Source: Eledone cirrhosa
Taxonomy: Eukaryota
Length of the DNA stretch: 64,000 bases
Direction: 5' to 3'
NCBI GenBank assembly: GCA_964016885.1
Contig: OZ024744.1
Span: forward strand, 107,384,001-107,448,000
Position numbers and translations under genes: made by a program
Shown: one piece after another, positions 23,576 to 35,795 of the stretch
Layout: every line of letters begins with the position of its first letter
How positions within the stretch are numbered: the first letter of the stretch is position 1
Notes under the pieces: generated by a model
Told to the model about the DNA's origin: nothing
The model's database searches: none
What the model saw: only the letters and a program-made list of their open reading frames with translations

Positions 23576-25775
23576 GCCCTGAAGAACCTGCGGAATAGGG
23601 AACTTATATACTTACCATCCGACAAAGGTAAAGAGTTTTGTGTCAGCTCTCAAGCCACATACAACAACCTAGCCTTTGAACACCTAAGCGACAACGAACT
23701 ATATACAGAGATCCCGGACATGACTGCAGCCCAGATCGAAAAACAGGTCAACTCCATCTGGTTCGACATCTGTAGGAGAAGACAACTCCCAAATAAAGTT
23801 AAGCTCAACTACACCACTAGAAATAGCAGACTGCCCACTTTCTATCACCTCATCAAGACCCACAAGAATAGTACGAAGACACAAATAAGACCCATCGTCT
23901 CTAGCATAGAAGGGCCTCTATACAAAATCTCCTGGCTCCTCTCCCAGGTTCTCAAGCCTCTACTCTCCACCTTTTCCGGGCATGTCAGTAGCTCCGATGA
24001 AGTCATACGTAGACTACACCAACTCCAGCCAGAACAACTTAAACTAAATAGATATGCCTTTAGCCTCGACGTTGTTTCCCTCTACACTACAGTCCCCGCT
24101 CATGCAGCTGTCGATTTATTGACAGACTGCGTGGTCGCAGAGGACATGCACTGCTACGGCCTCCATCCGACGGACATACACCAGCTTTTGTCCTTCACAG
24201 TGGATAACACGTACTTCACCTTCCACCACCACACATACAGACAGACAACAGGATTACCCATGGGATCCAGCCTATCAGGCTTGCTGGCCATCACCTATAT
24301 GAACCAGCTAGAATGCCGAGTCCTCAACACCTGCCATTCCCATACCTCCTTCACCCGATATGTAGATGACATACTCATCCTTACATCATCCCGTGAAGAG
24401 GCGGATAAAATATACATGACATTCTCCAGCATGGACACCAGTATAAAGTTCAGCATGGAACACCCCGATGACCGCGGATCCCTATCCCTACTGGACTCCC
24501 AACTCAGGGTAACAGAGGAAGGCAACATCCACACCTGCTTCTATAAAAAAAGCCACCAGCAGGGACCTGTTCGTACATTTCAGATTGGCCCTCCCAGCCG
24601 GCGCTAAGTTCAGATACATAAGGAACGAACTAACACGTATCTGGAACAAATGCACCGACGCAAGAGACCGAGGCACACACCACACATTTCCTGGAAGTAC
24701 TCAAACTGAACAGATACCCAACGTCCACCACGAACCGTGCCAGAAAGAGCAGAGGACACCACACCCGAGGCATTAACACTTGCTTCCTGAAGCTCCCACA
24801 CTTCAGTGAAGAAACAACAACAGCCATCTGCAGAGCTATCAGACGAGAGGGACTAGATATCCAACTGGCCCACTCAGGACCTTCTCTACGCGGACAGCTA
24901 ACCAAAAGAGACTCCACCAGACATGACAGCTGCTGCAGGCTAGCCAACTGCCCCATCAACGACACAGACCTATGCCACCAGGCTTACATCATATACAGAC
25001 TAGAGTGTGACAAATGCATCAATTTCTACATAGGTAGCACCACCAGACTACTTCACATTAGAATAAAAGAACACCTCAACACTAATGCTTCCTCATTTAA
25101 AAAACACCTAGTTAAATGCAAAAACACCGACAAAAACATAACAGTTAGGATAGAAACTAAGGAATGAAACCTCGGCAATCTTAGAATTAAGGAAGCACTG
25201 ATTATAGACAAAACACAACCACCGATCAATAATAGACTAGAACTCAACACCCAATTTATAACATGATAGAGCACCTAGCCCCACACTTACACACCCCTCT
25301 CACACACAAACACACACATGCACACACGCTTACACCTCCACTTATTCTCTCTCACACACATACACACACAAGACCAGTTTTAACATCATAGAGCATCTAG
25401 CTCCCACATTTACGCATAGACATATCTTCTCACTCACACACACACACACTTACGCCTTCACGTATTCTCCCACACACTTAAACATACATGTACAAAACCC
25501 CTTTCAAAGGGAGACTACTCTTTATCCACCTAACCTTCACTCTTTGACATTAGAGATAGAATGGAATCTCTATACCATTTCCTGTCAGCATGACTTGGCA
25601 AGCTAATTAGAATACTGGATTAACCACTTTACTTCCCTCCAAAGAAGAGATATTATCTCGAAAATTAAGGATATTTAAATAAATTTAAGGTAAAAGACTA
25701 ATTGTCAACAATATCTTTTGCATTTGCATTTATATTCTATGTCCATACCTGCATTGTTTTGGCCTTACAACTACA
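23570..25775 (+). mobile_element. Penelope-like element: RT plus GIY-YIG (frameshifted), with 3' region
   Basis: PSDKG, KTHK, RPIVS, SLDVVSLYT, GLPMGS and RYVDD in ORF 23522-24607. Downstream IYRLECDKCINFYIGSTTRLLHIRIKEH. Confidence 0.92.
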
Positions 25776-25818
25776 AACGTTTATTTATATATATATATGT
25801 ATGTGTGTGTGTGTGTGT

Positions 25819-26647
25819 AATGAAGCTTACATGCTCCGATGGATGTGTAATAGTAATATACACGAACGGCAAAGCATAAACGAATTGAGCATAAGAGGAA
25901 TCAAATGCTGTGTGCAGGAGAGGAGGTTACGCTGGTATGGACATGGGATGCGTATGAAGGATGACAGCTGCATAAAAAGATGCAGAGCACTAGAAGTCGA
26001 TGGAAACCGCGGAGTGGGGAGACCCAAGATGACCTGGGATGAGGTGATAAAAGCCGACCTTACCCAATTACACCTCTCAAAGGCGATGACACACGACCAT
26101 GACCTCTGGCGTCACGCAGTAATACAGAGTACCCGACCTCCCATGGGTACAAGCTGTATAAAAAGGTGCAGAACACTAGAAGTCAATGGAAGCTGTGGAG
26201 TGGGGAGACGCAAGAAGACCTGGGATGAGGGGATATAAAAACTAACCTTACCCAATTGCACCTCTTAAAGGCGTTGACACAGGGCCGTGACCTCTGGTGT
26301 CACGCAGTAATACAGAAGACCCGACTTCCCACGGTACAAGCCGAAGCTGAAGCATATAGACAATATGCCCCCACCCCCTTCCACTGCAAAGTGGTTGTGG
26401 AGGTGCCACAACAAAAATGCACCCAGCCCACACTGTAAAGTGGACATGTAGGCGCCACGGAAAAAAGCACCCAGCACTCACTGTAAATGAGGTTGGTGTT
26501 AGGAAGGGCATCCAGCTGTAGAAATCAAGCCAGAATCAGTTCCTGTATGAGCAAGACAAGGTCAGCCGACCGGACACTGCCCACAATAAGGCAAACCGTC
26601 TAACCCATGCTAGTGTAGAAGAAAGGACGTAAAATGGTGATGATGAT
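25819..26647 (+). mobile_element. RTE 3' fragment with tandem-duplicated C-terminus and 3' UTR, (GAT)n tail
   Basis: ERRLRWYGH...GRPKMTW. About 185 bp is duplicated (25964 and 26149). Same family as 60073-63002. Confidence 0.85.
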
Positions 26648-26672
26648 ATATACAAATGGATGATATATACAA

Positions 26673-26901
26673 ATGGATGGCCACTGGGTAGGTAAAGAAG
26701 TGCCAAGATATCCCAGAGAAGGAAGACGCAGTAGAGGTAGACCACGAAAAACATGGGCGGAGGTGGTGAGAACTGACCTCAGATCGCTGAAGCTCACAGA
26801 GGAGATGACAAAGGACCGTGATGGATGGAGAGATGCTGTGCTGAGTAGGACCCATCCCACCCTTGCGAGCAGGGAAAAGCAGACCTAAAATGATGATGAT
26901 G
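26673..26901 (+). mobile_element. 3' end of another RTE subfamily
   Basis: RSRGRPRKTWAEVVRTDL...DRDGWR followed by (GAT)n. Confidence 0.75.
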
Positions 26902-27410
26902 AAATCTACAGTACCAGAGCCATGCAACTTTGTTTAGGAACCCTAACTATACCTAGCCTTCTCCAATAGTTCCTGCTGCTTACCTGTATGGATTGTGAGG
27001 TTCCGCTTACCAATTGTCAAGGTTTGCTCCCTCCTGGACTTTTTGGGGGGTCTCGGTATATGTAAGTTTTGATACCTCCCAGGACAAGTCATAGGCCCTA
27101 CATAAGTTCTTGCAGTGTTGAATTGAAACTGCAATATATTATTGAACAGGCCCTTCTACTAAGGCCTCAACATGTCCCCCGTTATCTTGAATGAAGGATG
27201 ATGCAGTATGGATATCTTTACTCTTTCTGGCCATATTGCAGAGTTTTGTTTGTTTCATTTGCATCAGTCACCAAGTTCGCACTTTTCTAACACCTGTGAA
27301 GTCTAAGCTTTTTTAGAAGCAGCCTTTACTCACTGGGTTGTGAGAGTTTTCTTGGAAACTAACAGTGTCACCCATTGCTACTTCATCTCACCTACAAATA
27401 TGTATATGTA

Positions 27411-28092
27411 TCATCATCCTCATTGTTTTTACATCCATTTTTCCATCCTTACATGGGTTGGACGGGTTCTTTACAGCACGGCATCTCTCCATGTGTTGCG
27501 ATCCTTTGTCATCACCTCTGTGAGTTTCAATGATTTGAAGTCAGCTCTCACAACCTTTGCCCAGGTTTTTGTTGGTCTACCTGTACTATGGCTTCCTTCC
27601 ACTAGCATTTTCTGACACTTCTTCACCGAGCAATCATCATCAATGCGCATTACATGTCCATACCAACGCAGTCTTCTCTCCTACACATCACATCAAGTTC
27701 CTCTTAAACTCAGCTTCTCCCTCAACTTGTCCAAGTTCTGTCTTTCTCTCACATTTACATTACACATCCAATGGAGCATGGTTTCCTGTCTACACATGTC
27801 CTTTGCAGTCACAGCCTCTGTTTCATCGCACATCACATGCAGGCCTCGTGCAGCTGTCCTTCTGTAAATAGGGAGAAACCTTTTGTTGTTAACAGCGGGA
27901 GTAGCTCTCTAAACTTCTTTTCTATCCTTATTCTAGCTATTATACTCTCAAAGCACCCTCCTCCACTGTTGATTAAGTCACCTAGATACCTGAAGCTATC
28001 AACCACTTCTATAGATCCTTCCTGTGACTTGAAGAGGTTTATATCACTCTTTCTCTCAATTACACCTGTGCATCTTCTACAAACAAAGTAAT
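27411..28092 (-). pseudogene. Degenerate RTE 3' fragment
   Basis: VCRRCTG..IEVVDSFRYLGDLINSGGGC...KKFRELLPLL. Confidence 0.8.
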
Positions 28093-28270
28093 GACAGAAT
28101 GAATACATTACCACAGAGCTCCGACGAGCTTTTGATTCCAGAGTCAGGTCAGATCAATTCAGATCGAACCTTGAGCTGATTAATAGCGAAACGCATGTCA
28201 CCAAACAATAAACGTAAGGAAGGCTTAACCATTCGCCCTTGTATTATTATATTACACTCTGTCTAGCTCT

Positions 28271-28349
28271 ACACCTCAATACTGACATGAACCTAAACAT
28301 TGAGTGCTCACCTGGGGGGAACCTACAGTAACTTCACGTTACACTCCCT

Positions 28350-28390
<41 letters not shown>

Positions 28391-28467
28391 AACAGGGAGT
28401 GTAGCGCAAAGTTACTATAGGTTCACCCAGGTGAGCACTCAATGTTTAGGTTCACGTCAGTGGTGAG

Positions 28468-28470
<3 letters not shown>
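28271..28470. repeat. Diverged inverted pair (about 80 bp) flanking a TA/CA microsatellite
   Basis: GAACCTAAACATTGAGTGCTCACCTGG and its reverse complement at 28425-28452. Confidence 0.75.
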
Positions 28471-28514
<44 letters not shown>

Positions 28515-28672
28515 CATATATATATATATATATATCTACAAATTTACTTATTCATAGGGGAGATGAAACTATATATATATATATAGAGGTTTACATATAC
28601 ATAAATTTATATATGTTACAACCGGTCACTTTTTAGCTCTATGAAGAATTAATAAATTAAATACTCAGAGCA

Positions 28673-29249
28673 ATATATTATTATAAATCATGTCTACAGA
28701 ATTATTAGATAAACAAAATATATACTCCAATTCCTCTGCCAAACAGCACAATCAACCATATAAAAAAATCAATTATACTAAGCCATAAGGATAAAAGCTC
28801 CTATGAAGAAATCTCCGACAAATAAACGAGAGTGGGTACTTCGCGTTATCCACAGCAGGTTATTTATCCAACATTTCGACAGCATGCATAAATCGACCAA
28901 GTACATAATTAACCATATGCCATTTGGTGTAAAATCAAACATAGAAGAACTGTGTACATATCGTGTACACAGTTCTTCTATGTTTGATTTTACATCGAAT
29001 GGCATATGGTTAATTATGTTCTTGGTCGATTTATGCATGCTGTCGAAATGTTGGATAAATAACCTGCTGTGGATAACGCGAAGTACCCACTCTCGTTTAT
29101 TTGTCGGAGATTTCTTCATAGGAGCTTTTATCCTTATGGCTTAGTATAATTGATTTTTTTATATGGTTGATTGTGCTGTTTGGCAGAGGAATTGGAGTAT
29201 ATATTTTGTTTATCTAATAATTCTGTAGACATGATTTATAATAATATAT
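28673..29249. repeat. Near-perfect palindrome, about 286-bp arms with 5-nt spacer
   Basis: Centre at 28961. The mirror ORFs 28778-29119(-) and 28803-29144(+) are almost identical. Confidence 0.95.
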
Positions 29250-29261
29250 ATATATATATAT

Positions 29262-29429
29262 CTTTCACCGTATTTTTGACTAAAGAAATTTTAGCCTGAT
29301 AATGGGGTTTAGAACCCTTAGATAAATGGAAAAAGATGAGTATTGACGTACATATCTTTTTCTATTTATCTGTGGGTTCTAAACCCCATTATCAGGCTAA
29401 AATTTCTTTAGTCAAAAATACGGTGAAAG
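29262..29429. repeat. Palindrome, about 75-bp arms
   Basis: CTTTCACCGTATTTTTGACTAAAG... pairs with ...CTTTAGTCAAAAATACGGTGAAAG. Confidence 0.9.
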
Positions 29430-29490
29430 CTATTCTATTTTCTAATTTCAAACCTGCTCACTGTTTCAAAACATACTTGTCATATATATG

Positions 29491-29828
29491 TGGAGGCACA
29501 TGGTTTAGTGGTTAGAGCATTGGCCTTGCAATCGAAAGGTTGTGAGTTCAATTCTCAGACCGGGTGATGTGTTGTTTCCTTGAGCAAGACACTTTATTTC
29601 ACATTGCTCCAGTTTACTCAGCTGTAGAAATGAGATGATAGGGACTGCGGTCCCTATCATTCCACTGCAAAGTGGTCGTGGAGGTGCCACGGCAAAAAAG
29701 CACCCAGCACTCACTGTAAATAAGGTTGGTGTTAGGAAGGGCATCCAGCTGTAGAAATCAAGCCAGAATCAGTTCCCGTCCCACCCTTGCAAGCAGGGAA
29801 AAGTGGACGTAAAATGAAATGATGATGA
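29491..29828 (+). mobile_element. Full-length tRNA-derived SINE
   Basis: A box TGGTTTAGTGG at 29501, B box GAGTTCAATTC at 29544, central CCTTGAGCAAGACACTT, RTE-type 3' part and (GAT)n tail. Confidence 0.88.
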
Positions 29829-29836
29829 TATATATA

Positions 29837-30358
29837 TATAGTGACCTACATTCCAAGGGCTCATGGATACATTCTCCATACGTTGTTTGGCTCAGTTCAG
29901 CCAATTGCTACTAGCGTAGGAGAATGTATCTCGACTTCCGGCCACAGGGAAAAATTCCTGCGGCAATGCAAAAATCTCTCTCTTGCTGCTTTGGACTCTG
30001 AAAGGTGAACACGCAATTATGCGACGGTGAGATTTTCACTTTGGCCTGTCGGCCTCCTCTGGCTCGGCACGGCGCCTTTTTCTTTACTTCTTAAAACTCT
30101 TAACTTTGTTTTTTTTCTTTTCTTTGACTTGTCAGCCCAGCTTAACATTTGTGGTCGGTTGTAAATAAAGCTTGTAAAATATTATAAAGTCTCATAATAT
30201 TATTTTCTACAAAGCCTACAATGAACTACTAGTACTTCAACCAACATTCACTTTATGGCTTACTTTGCCTCTCCCTCACTTAACAAACCTTACATTTCTC
30301 ACTAAAACAAATAACAACAATGTTATCATCATAATAACCACTAAAAATACCCTTCGTT
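29837..30358 (+). mobile_element. Solo-LTR-like repeat, homologous to 21205-21697
   Basis: Block similarity to the 21.2-kb copy, with AATAAA at about 30164. Confidence 0.55.
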
Positions 30359-30549
30359 AAATATATATATGTATTTTATCTGAAGATATATGTATAATGA
30401 AATAAATATGGTTTTATAAATATAGTTTCCATTTGTTTAATATCGTATATCTACTCCAAAACTTGTCGAGTGCTTTATATCAGTTATAAAATATTTACTT
30501 GTTGTAACCCAACAATTTTAAATAAAACTTTTAAATAAAACTTTTGCAT

Positions 30550-30830
30550 CCCAAGAAGCTAGATATTCCATCTCTCTAGCGGGTCCGGGTATGCTTTTTA
30601 CATTCATTTGATTTATTGATTTATTGATAATTTATCTGAGTGTCCCGAATCTTCCATATCGCAATTTTTCGGTTGTATGGTTGATTGTAGACATATTCTA
30701 CGTGTGTCGGTATTTTAACGATAGTTATAGCTCTGATTTATCTGAATTATAGAGCCCTCTGCCGCTCATCTCGAATTTTGTTTATCGTGAACTCGTGCGC
30801 CGATTTTTCGATACTCGATTATTCTACTAT
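30550..30830. mobile_element. Partial copy of the 2191-2862 repeat
   Basis: CCCAAGAAGCTAGATATTCC...ATTCTACTAT. Confidence 0.8.
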
Positions 30831-30915
30831 ATATATATATATATATATATATGCAAAAACGGTTGCTCAATATTTATGGTATGTCAAAATTATTTATAAA
30901 GCTGTTTATATATTG

Positions 30916-30981
30916 TATTTTATCTGAAGAAGGCATGCCATATTTTTAATATGGTATCCCCGAAATATGTATAATGAAATA
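30916..30981 (+). ncRNA. Minimal type I hammerhead ribozyme
   Basis: TATTTTAT-CTGAAGA-long stem II (GCCATATT/AATATGGT)-GAAA-TATGTA-TA-ATGAAATA. Confidence 0.8.
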
Positions 30982-31228
30982 AATATGGTTTTATAAATAT
31001 AGTTTCCATTTGTTTAATATCGTATATATAAGCTTTTGCTTTTAAGAAACCACTGGTAAATGGAATAATTGCCTTATGTTGTTTATTACATAATAATAAT
31101 AATTAAGCTCTGTTGCCTACATAGAGCACTCTTTTTTCCTGGACTTTTCCGATGGAATTACTTCATTCACACATATATATATATATATATATAGATAGAA
31201 GTGGTTACACAACAGTTAGTTCACCATA

Positions 31229-31268
31229 CCGAGAACAATTGTTTCACCTTTGCGGATCTTCAGCTCGG
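31229..31268 (-). ncRNA. Minimal type I hammerhead ribozyme
   Basis: Minus strand reads CCGAG-CTGAAGA-tCCgcaaaGGt-GAAA-CAATTG-TT-CTCGG. Stem I is extended by CCATAC/GTATGG. Stem II is weak. Confidence 0.72.
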
Positions 31269-31486
31269 GATGTGTATGGTTATAGGAACAGGAAAAACAA
31301 CCGTATGAGTGCGTATGCGCAGAAACTTGGTCACTTCACACAGGCAGTACTAGACTGCGTGCTGGGGGGGGGGGGGGGGGTAAGGGAGATAACTGCGAAC
31401 GTCGGGAAAGTTTTTAGGTTGAAAACCTAACTCATCCCTTGGACTGAGTGCTCTACCACTACGGATATTACCTTCCAGTGTTCCAC

Positions 31487-31529
<43 letters not shown>

Positions 31530-31530
<1 letters not shown>

Positions 31531-34500
31531 CACAAGTCAACGGCCTATGCTATCACTTCTCCTGGTTGCTTTTCGATATGATGGATGGACTAAGGAATTT
31601 CTGGAGAGTCTGAAGAATCTGGACAATCGGAGACAATGCCAAAGATAACGACAAATTCACCTCATTCTGGGCAAGGACGAAAGGGCAAGGACTCCTCCTC
31701 TTTGTTTTGGCCGCGGATGGCCAACATAACCCCAACCCCATCCCTCCTCATTCCTCACTGCGCCCCACCCACCAAACACAATCCAAAACTTCAGAGTTGG
31801 TACCATGAATGTAGGCACCTTAAAAGGCCACTCTAACGAGGTTGTAGAAATGCTTGAACGTAAGGAGGTTGATGTTTGCTGTATCCAAGAGACCAGGTGG
31901 AGGGGTGGGTCTGCTAGATTCATTGTGGGTAAAATACGATGCTATAGCTTTTCTGGGTGGGAAATGACAATGGGCTGGGTGGGGTAGGAATCATGTTAGC
32001 AGAAAAATGGGTAGATAAAATAATAGACGTAAATAGAGTGAATGACAGAATAATTAAAATAAAACTTGTTCTAAATAGAACTACTGTGACAGTAATATCT
32101 GTGTACGCACCCCAATCCGGACTGCCTGGCGCTATAAAAGACAGATTCTATGAGACACTGATGCTCACTACCTCCCAAATAACCGGCAGTGACTATATAA
32201 TTATTGCTGGCGACCTAAATGGTCACGTTGGACAACATTGTGACGGCTATGACGGAATCCACGGAGGCTATGGGTTTGGTACTAGAAATGAGGAAGGCTC
32301 CAGAATCCTGGAATTCTGTGACGCAAATAACCTAACTATCTGTAACACTAACTTAAAAAAACGAGACAATCACTTGATCACCTACAGATCAGGGGAACAT
32401 ACCAGCCAGGTAGATTATATCCTTACCAGAAGACATGACAGAGTGTCTGTTGTAAACACTAAATCCCTCCCCCATGAACAATGCACCTCCCAACATAGAC
32501 TGATAATTAGCAACCTCATAGTCAGGACGAGACGTACTCGACAACAGAAGAGGACTATCCTCAGGAGAAAAATATGGAAGCTAAAGGACCCCACAGCCAG
32601 TAATAAATTTAAAAGCATATTACTTGATGCTTTCGACAGTAAGGAAGAGCAATTAGAGTCGTATAATATAGAGGAACAGTGCGAATTCCTGAAAGCAAAC
32701 CTGCTGATGGCGGCAGACGAAGTCTGTGGCTGGAGCAGGCTTATAGGCAAGAGGAGAGTAACGTGGTGGTGGAACAGTAAGGTGGAGGAGACAATTAAGG
32801 CCAAAAAGCAGGCTTGGAAAGTATGGCGGGATGGGGGAAGTAGAGAAGACTATCAAATGGCCAGGAGGGAAGCTACGAGACAAGTGTACCTCGCAAGAAG
32901 GGAAGCAGAGGAAAGAAAGTTCAAGCATGTTCTACAACGCGAGGACTAAAAACGTGAGGGGTTCAGGGTTGCTAGACAATGTGTCAAGGAAAACCGTGAT
33001 ATTGTTGGGGAGAAGTGTGTCCTTAATGATGATGGTGTACTTGCCATCACTGATGCTGATAAGAAGGTAGCTTGGAAGTGTCACTACGAAAGGCTACTAA
33101 ATGAGGAGAATAAATGGTAGAAAGACAGTCTCCCCCATATCGATCCAATAGAGGGACCATCAGTGTTAGTCGAAGTTAGATAAGAAGATGGGTAAGGCGG
33201 CTGGGCCTTCGGAAATAGTTGGTGAAATGCTGAAAGCTTCTAGAACAGAGGGACACACCATGGTCACCCGAATAGTAAACCAAGTCATACAGAATGGTGT
33301 TGTTCCGAAGGACTGGCATAGCAGCATCATCATTAACTGCTACAAGGGTAAAGGAGATGCCCTATATAGGAGTAACTATAGAAGCATTAAATTAATCGAC
33401 CAGGTCATGAAGGTCACAGAAAAAGTAATAGTGCAACTAATCAGAGAGAATTGATCTAGATGAAATGCAGTTCGGGTTTGTGTCAGGCAAAAGTACCACA
33501 GACGCTCTTTTCATTGTACGACAACTACAGGAGAAGTACCTAGCTAAAAGTAAACCCCTGTACTTAGCTTTCGTCGACTTGGAGAAAGCCTTCGACAGAG
33601 TCCCCCGTTCCATTATCTGGTGGTCTCTTAGAAAACTAGGTGTTGACGAATGGCTTGTGAGAGCTATACAAGCCATGTATAAAGAAACAGTCAGTAAGGT
33701 TAGAATTAACAACGAATATAGTGAAGAATTTAGTGTAAAAGTTGGTGTTCATCAGGGCTCCATTCGTAGCCCCCTACTATTTATTATTGCCCTTCAGGCT
33801 ATAACAGTGGAGTTCAAGACCGGCTTCCCATGGGAACTCCTATACGCAGATGATCTAATGCTCATAGCTGAATCAATGGCCGAACTAGAGAAGAAATTCC
33901 AAACATGGAAGCATCGCCTAGAATCAAAAGGCCTTAAAATTAACCTGTCTAAGACTAAAGTTCTAGTTTGTAGGAAGGAAAATAGGGCACTGGTCCTCTC
34001 TGGGAAATGGCCATGCTCAGTGTGTAGGAAAGGAGTAGATAGAAACTCCATTGTATGTCCCAAATGCAAAGTATGGGTGCATAAAAGATGTAGTGGGATC
34101 ACAGGTAAGCTAACTAAGAACATAGATTTTACATGTGGCCGGTGCTCTGGTGCAATAAGTAGCAGCAAGTGCCCACAGAATACTAGCTCATTCCATTGCA
34201 TAGATGGTTCTATAGAAATAGTGGACACCTTCCGTTACTTGGGTGATAAAATCAGCAGTGGGGGAGGGTGCTCTGAAAGTACAGTAGCTAGAGTCAGAAC
34301 TGGATGGAAAAAGTTCAGAGAGCTGATACCACTATTAGCCGCTAAAGGGTTCCCTCTAAAAATGAAAGGCAGCCTGTATGATGCCTGCATACGAACAGCA
34401 ATGTTAAATGGCAGTGAGACTTGGGCATTGTGTGCAGAGGATATATGCAGACTGGTGAGAAACGAAGCTTGCATGCTCCGCTGGATGTGTAATAGTAATA

Positions 34501-35166
34501 TACGTGAACGGCAAAGCATAAACGAACTAAGGGAGAAATTAGAAATAAGATGGATCAGATGTTGTTTACTCGAGAGAAGACTACGTTGGTATGGTCACAT
34601 GATGCACATGAAAGACGACAGCTGTATAAAAAAGTGCAGGGCAATAAAGATAGACGGTAGCCACGGAGTAGGCAGACCCAGAAAAACCTGGGACGACCTG
34701 ATAAATTCCGACCTCATACACTTACACCTCTCCAAGACAATGTCACTGGACCGAGAGCTTGGGCGCTACACACTAATAGAGAAGACCTGCCTTACCTAAG
34801 TACAAAGTAAAACCTACTACAGCCAGTAGGCATCTCTAACAAAATACACCCCTGTCCCACTACCCCCACCTCATCCACACCACCCCTTTCAATGTAAAGT
34901 TATGTTGGTACCACAACATCCAGGCCGAAACAAATGAGGTCGTGTAGGTATCACAACAAAAACACACAGTCCACGCTGTAATGTGGCCGTGTAGGTAACA
35001 CGGTAAAAACCTCCCAGTCCACACTGTAAATGTGGTTGGTGTTAGGAAGGGCATCCAGCCGTAGAAAACCCGCCAGACAGTCCTATGCGAGCAAGACTCT
35101 TGACTCAAGTGGGAAAACTCCCGTCCAAACCCATGCAAGCGTGGAACATGGACGTTAAACGATGAT
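31530..35166 (+). mobile_element. Near full-length RTE LINE (APE endonuclease, RT with PHD-like insert, 3' UTR), disabled by stops and frameshifts
   Basis: MNVGTL..CCIQETRW, SVYAPQ, AGDLNGHVG, SQHR, FVDLEKAFD, GVHQGS, LLYADD, ERRLRWYGH and a (GAT)n tail. Confidence 0.95.
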
Positions 35167-35183
35167 GTATGTATATATATATG

Positions 35184-35214
<31 letters not shown>

Positions 35215-35556
35215 ATATATATGTATGTATATATATATGTATGTATATATATATGTATGTATATATATATGTATGTATATATATATGTATGTATATATAT
35301 ATGTATGTATATATATATGTATGTATGTATATATGTATGTATATATATATGTATGTATGTATATATATATGTATGTATATATATATGTATGTATATATGT
35401 ATGTATGTCTGTGTGTGCGTGTATGTGTATATATATATGTATATTATTATTGTTGTCATTATTATTGCTGTTATTATTATTATTATTAATGTATGTGTGT
35501 GTATGTGTGTGTGTGTGTATATGTGAATGTATGTGTGTATGTATATATATATATAT

Positions 35557-35641
35557 ATTTCTTTTTTTTTTTTTTTTTATTAATTTTTTTTTTTCTCCTC
35601 GTGCAATGGCCATACTCGATAACGAGGGGGCAGCCATCATG

Positions 35642-35642
<1 letters not shown>
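35557..35642 (+). mobile_element. Mini-element (T-tract plus RTE-type 3' end)
   Basis: Reverse complement of 2053-2140. Confidence 0.65.
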
Positions 35643-35723
<81 letters not shown>

Positions 35724-35795
35724 TGTATGTATGTATGTATGTATGTATGTATGTATGTATGTATATATGTATATATGTATGTATGTATATGTCAG

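Noticed and set aside
25165-25167. In-frame TGA in the PLE GIY-YIG as selenocysteine
   Set aside because: It is not at a Cys position, the copy has frameshifts and no SECIS was recognised; CGA>TGA decay is likelier.
26905-27395. Non-repetitive stretch as a possible exon or TE fragment
   Set aside because: The minus-strand frames I examined contain stops and no motif I can assign.
28778-29144. Pair of 113-aa antisense ORFs
   Set aside because: A by-product of the palindrome, with no recognisable protein motif.
29491-29565. tRNA gene (TGC at the anticodon position)
   Set aside because: It is the head of a multi-copy SINE, and the acceptor stem does not pair well.
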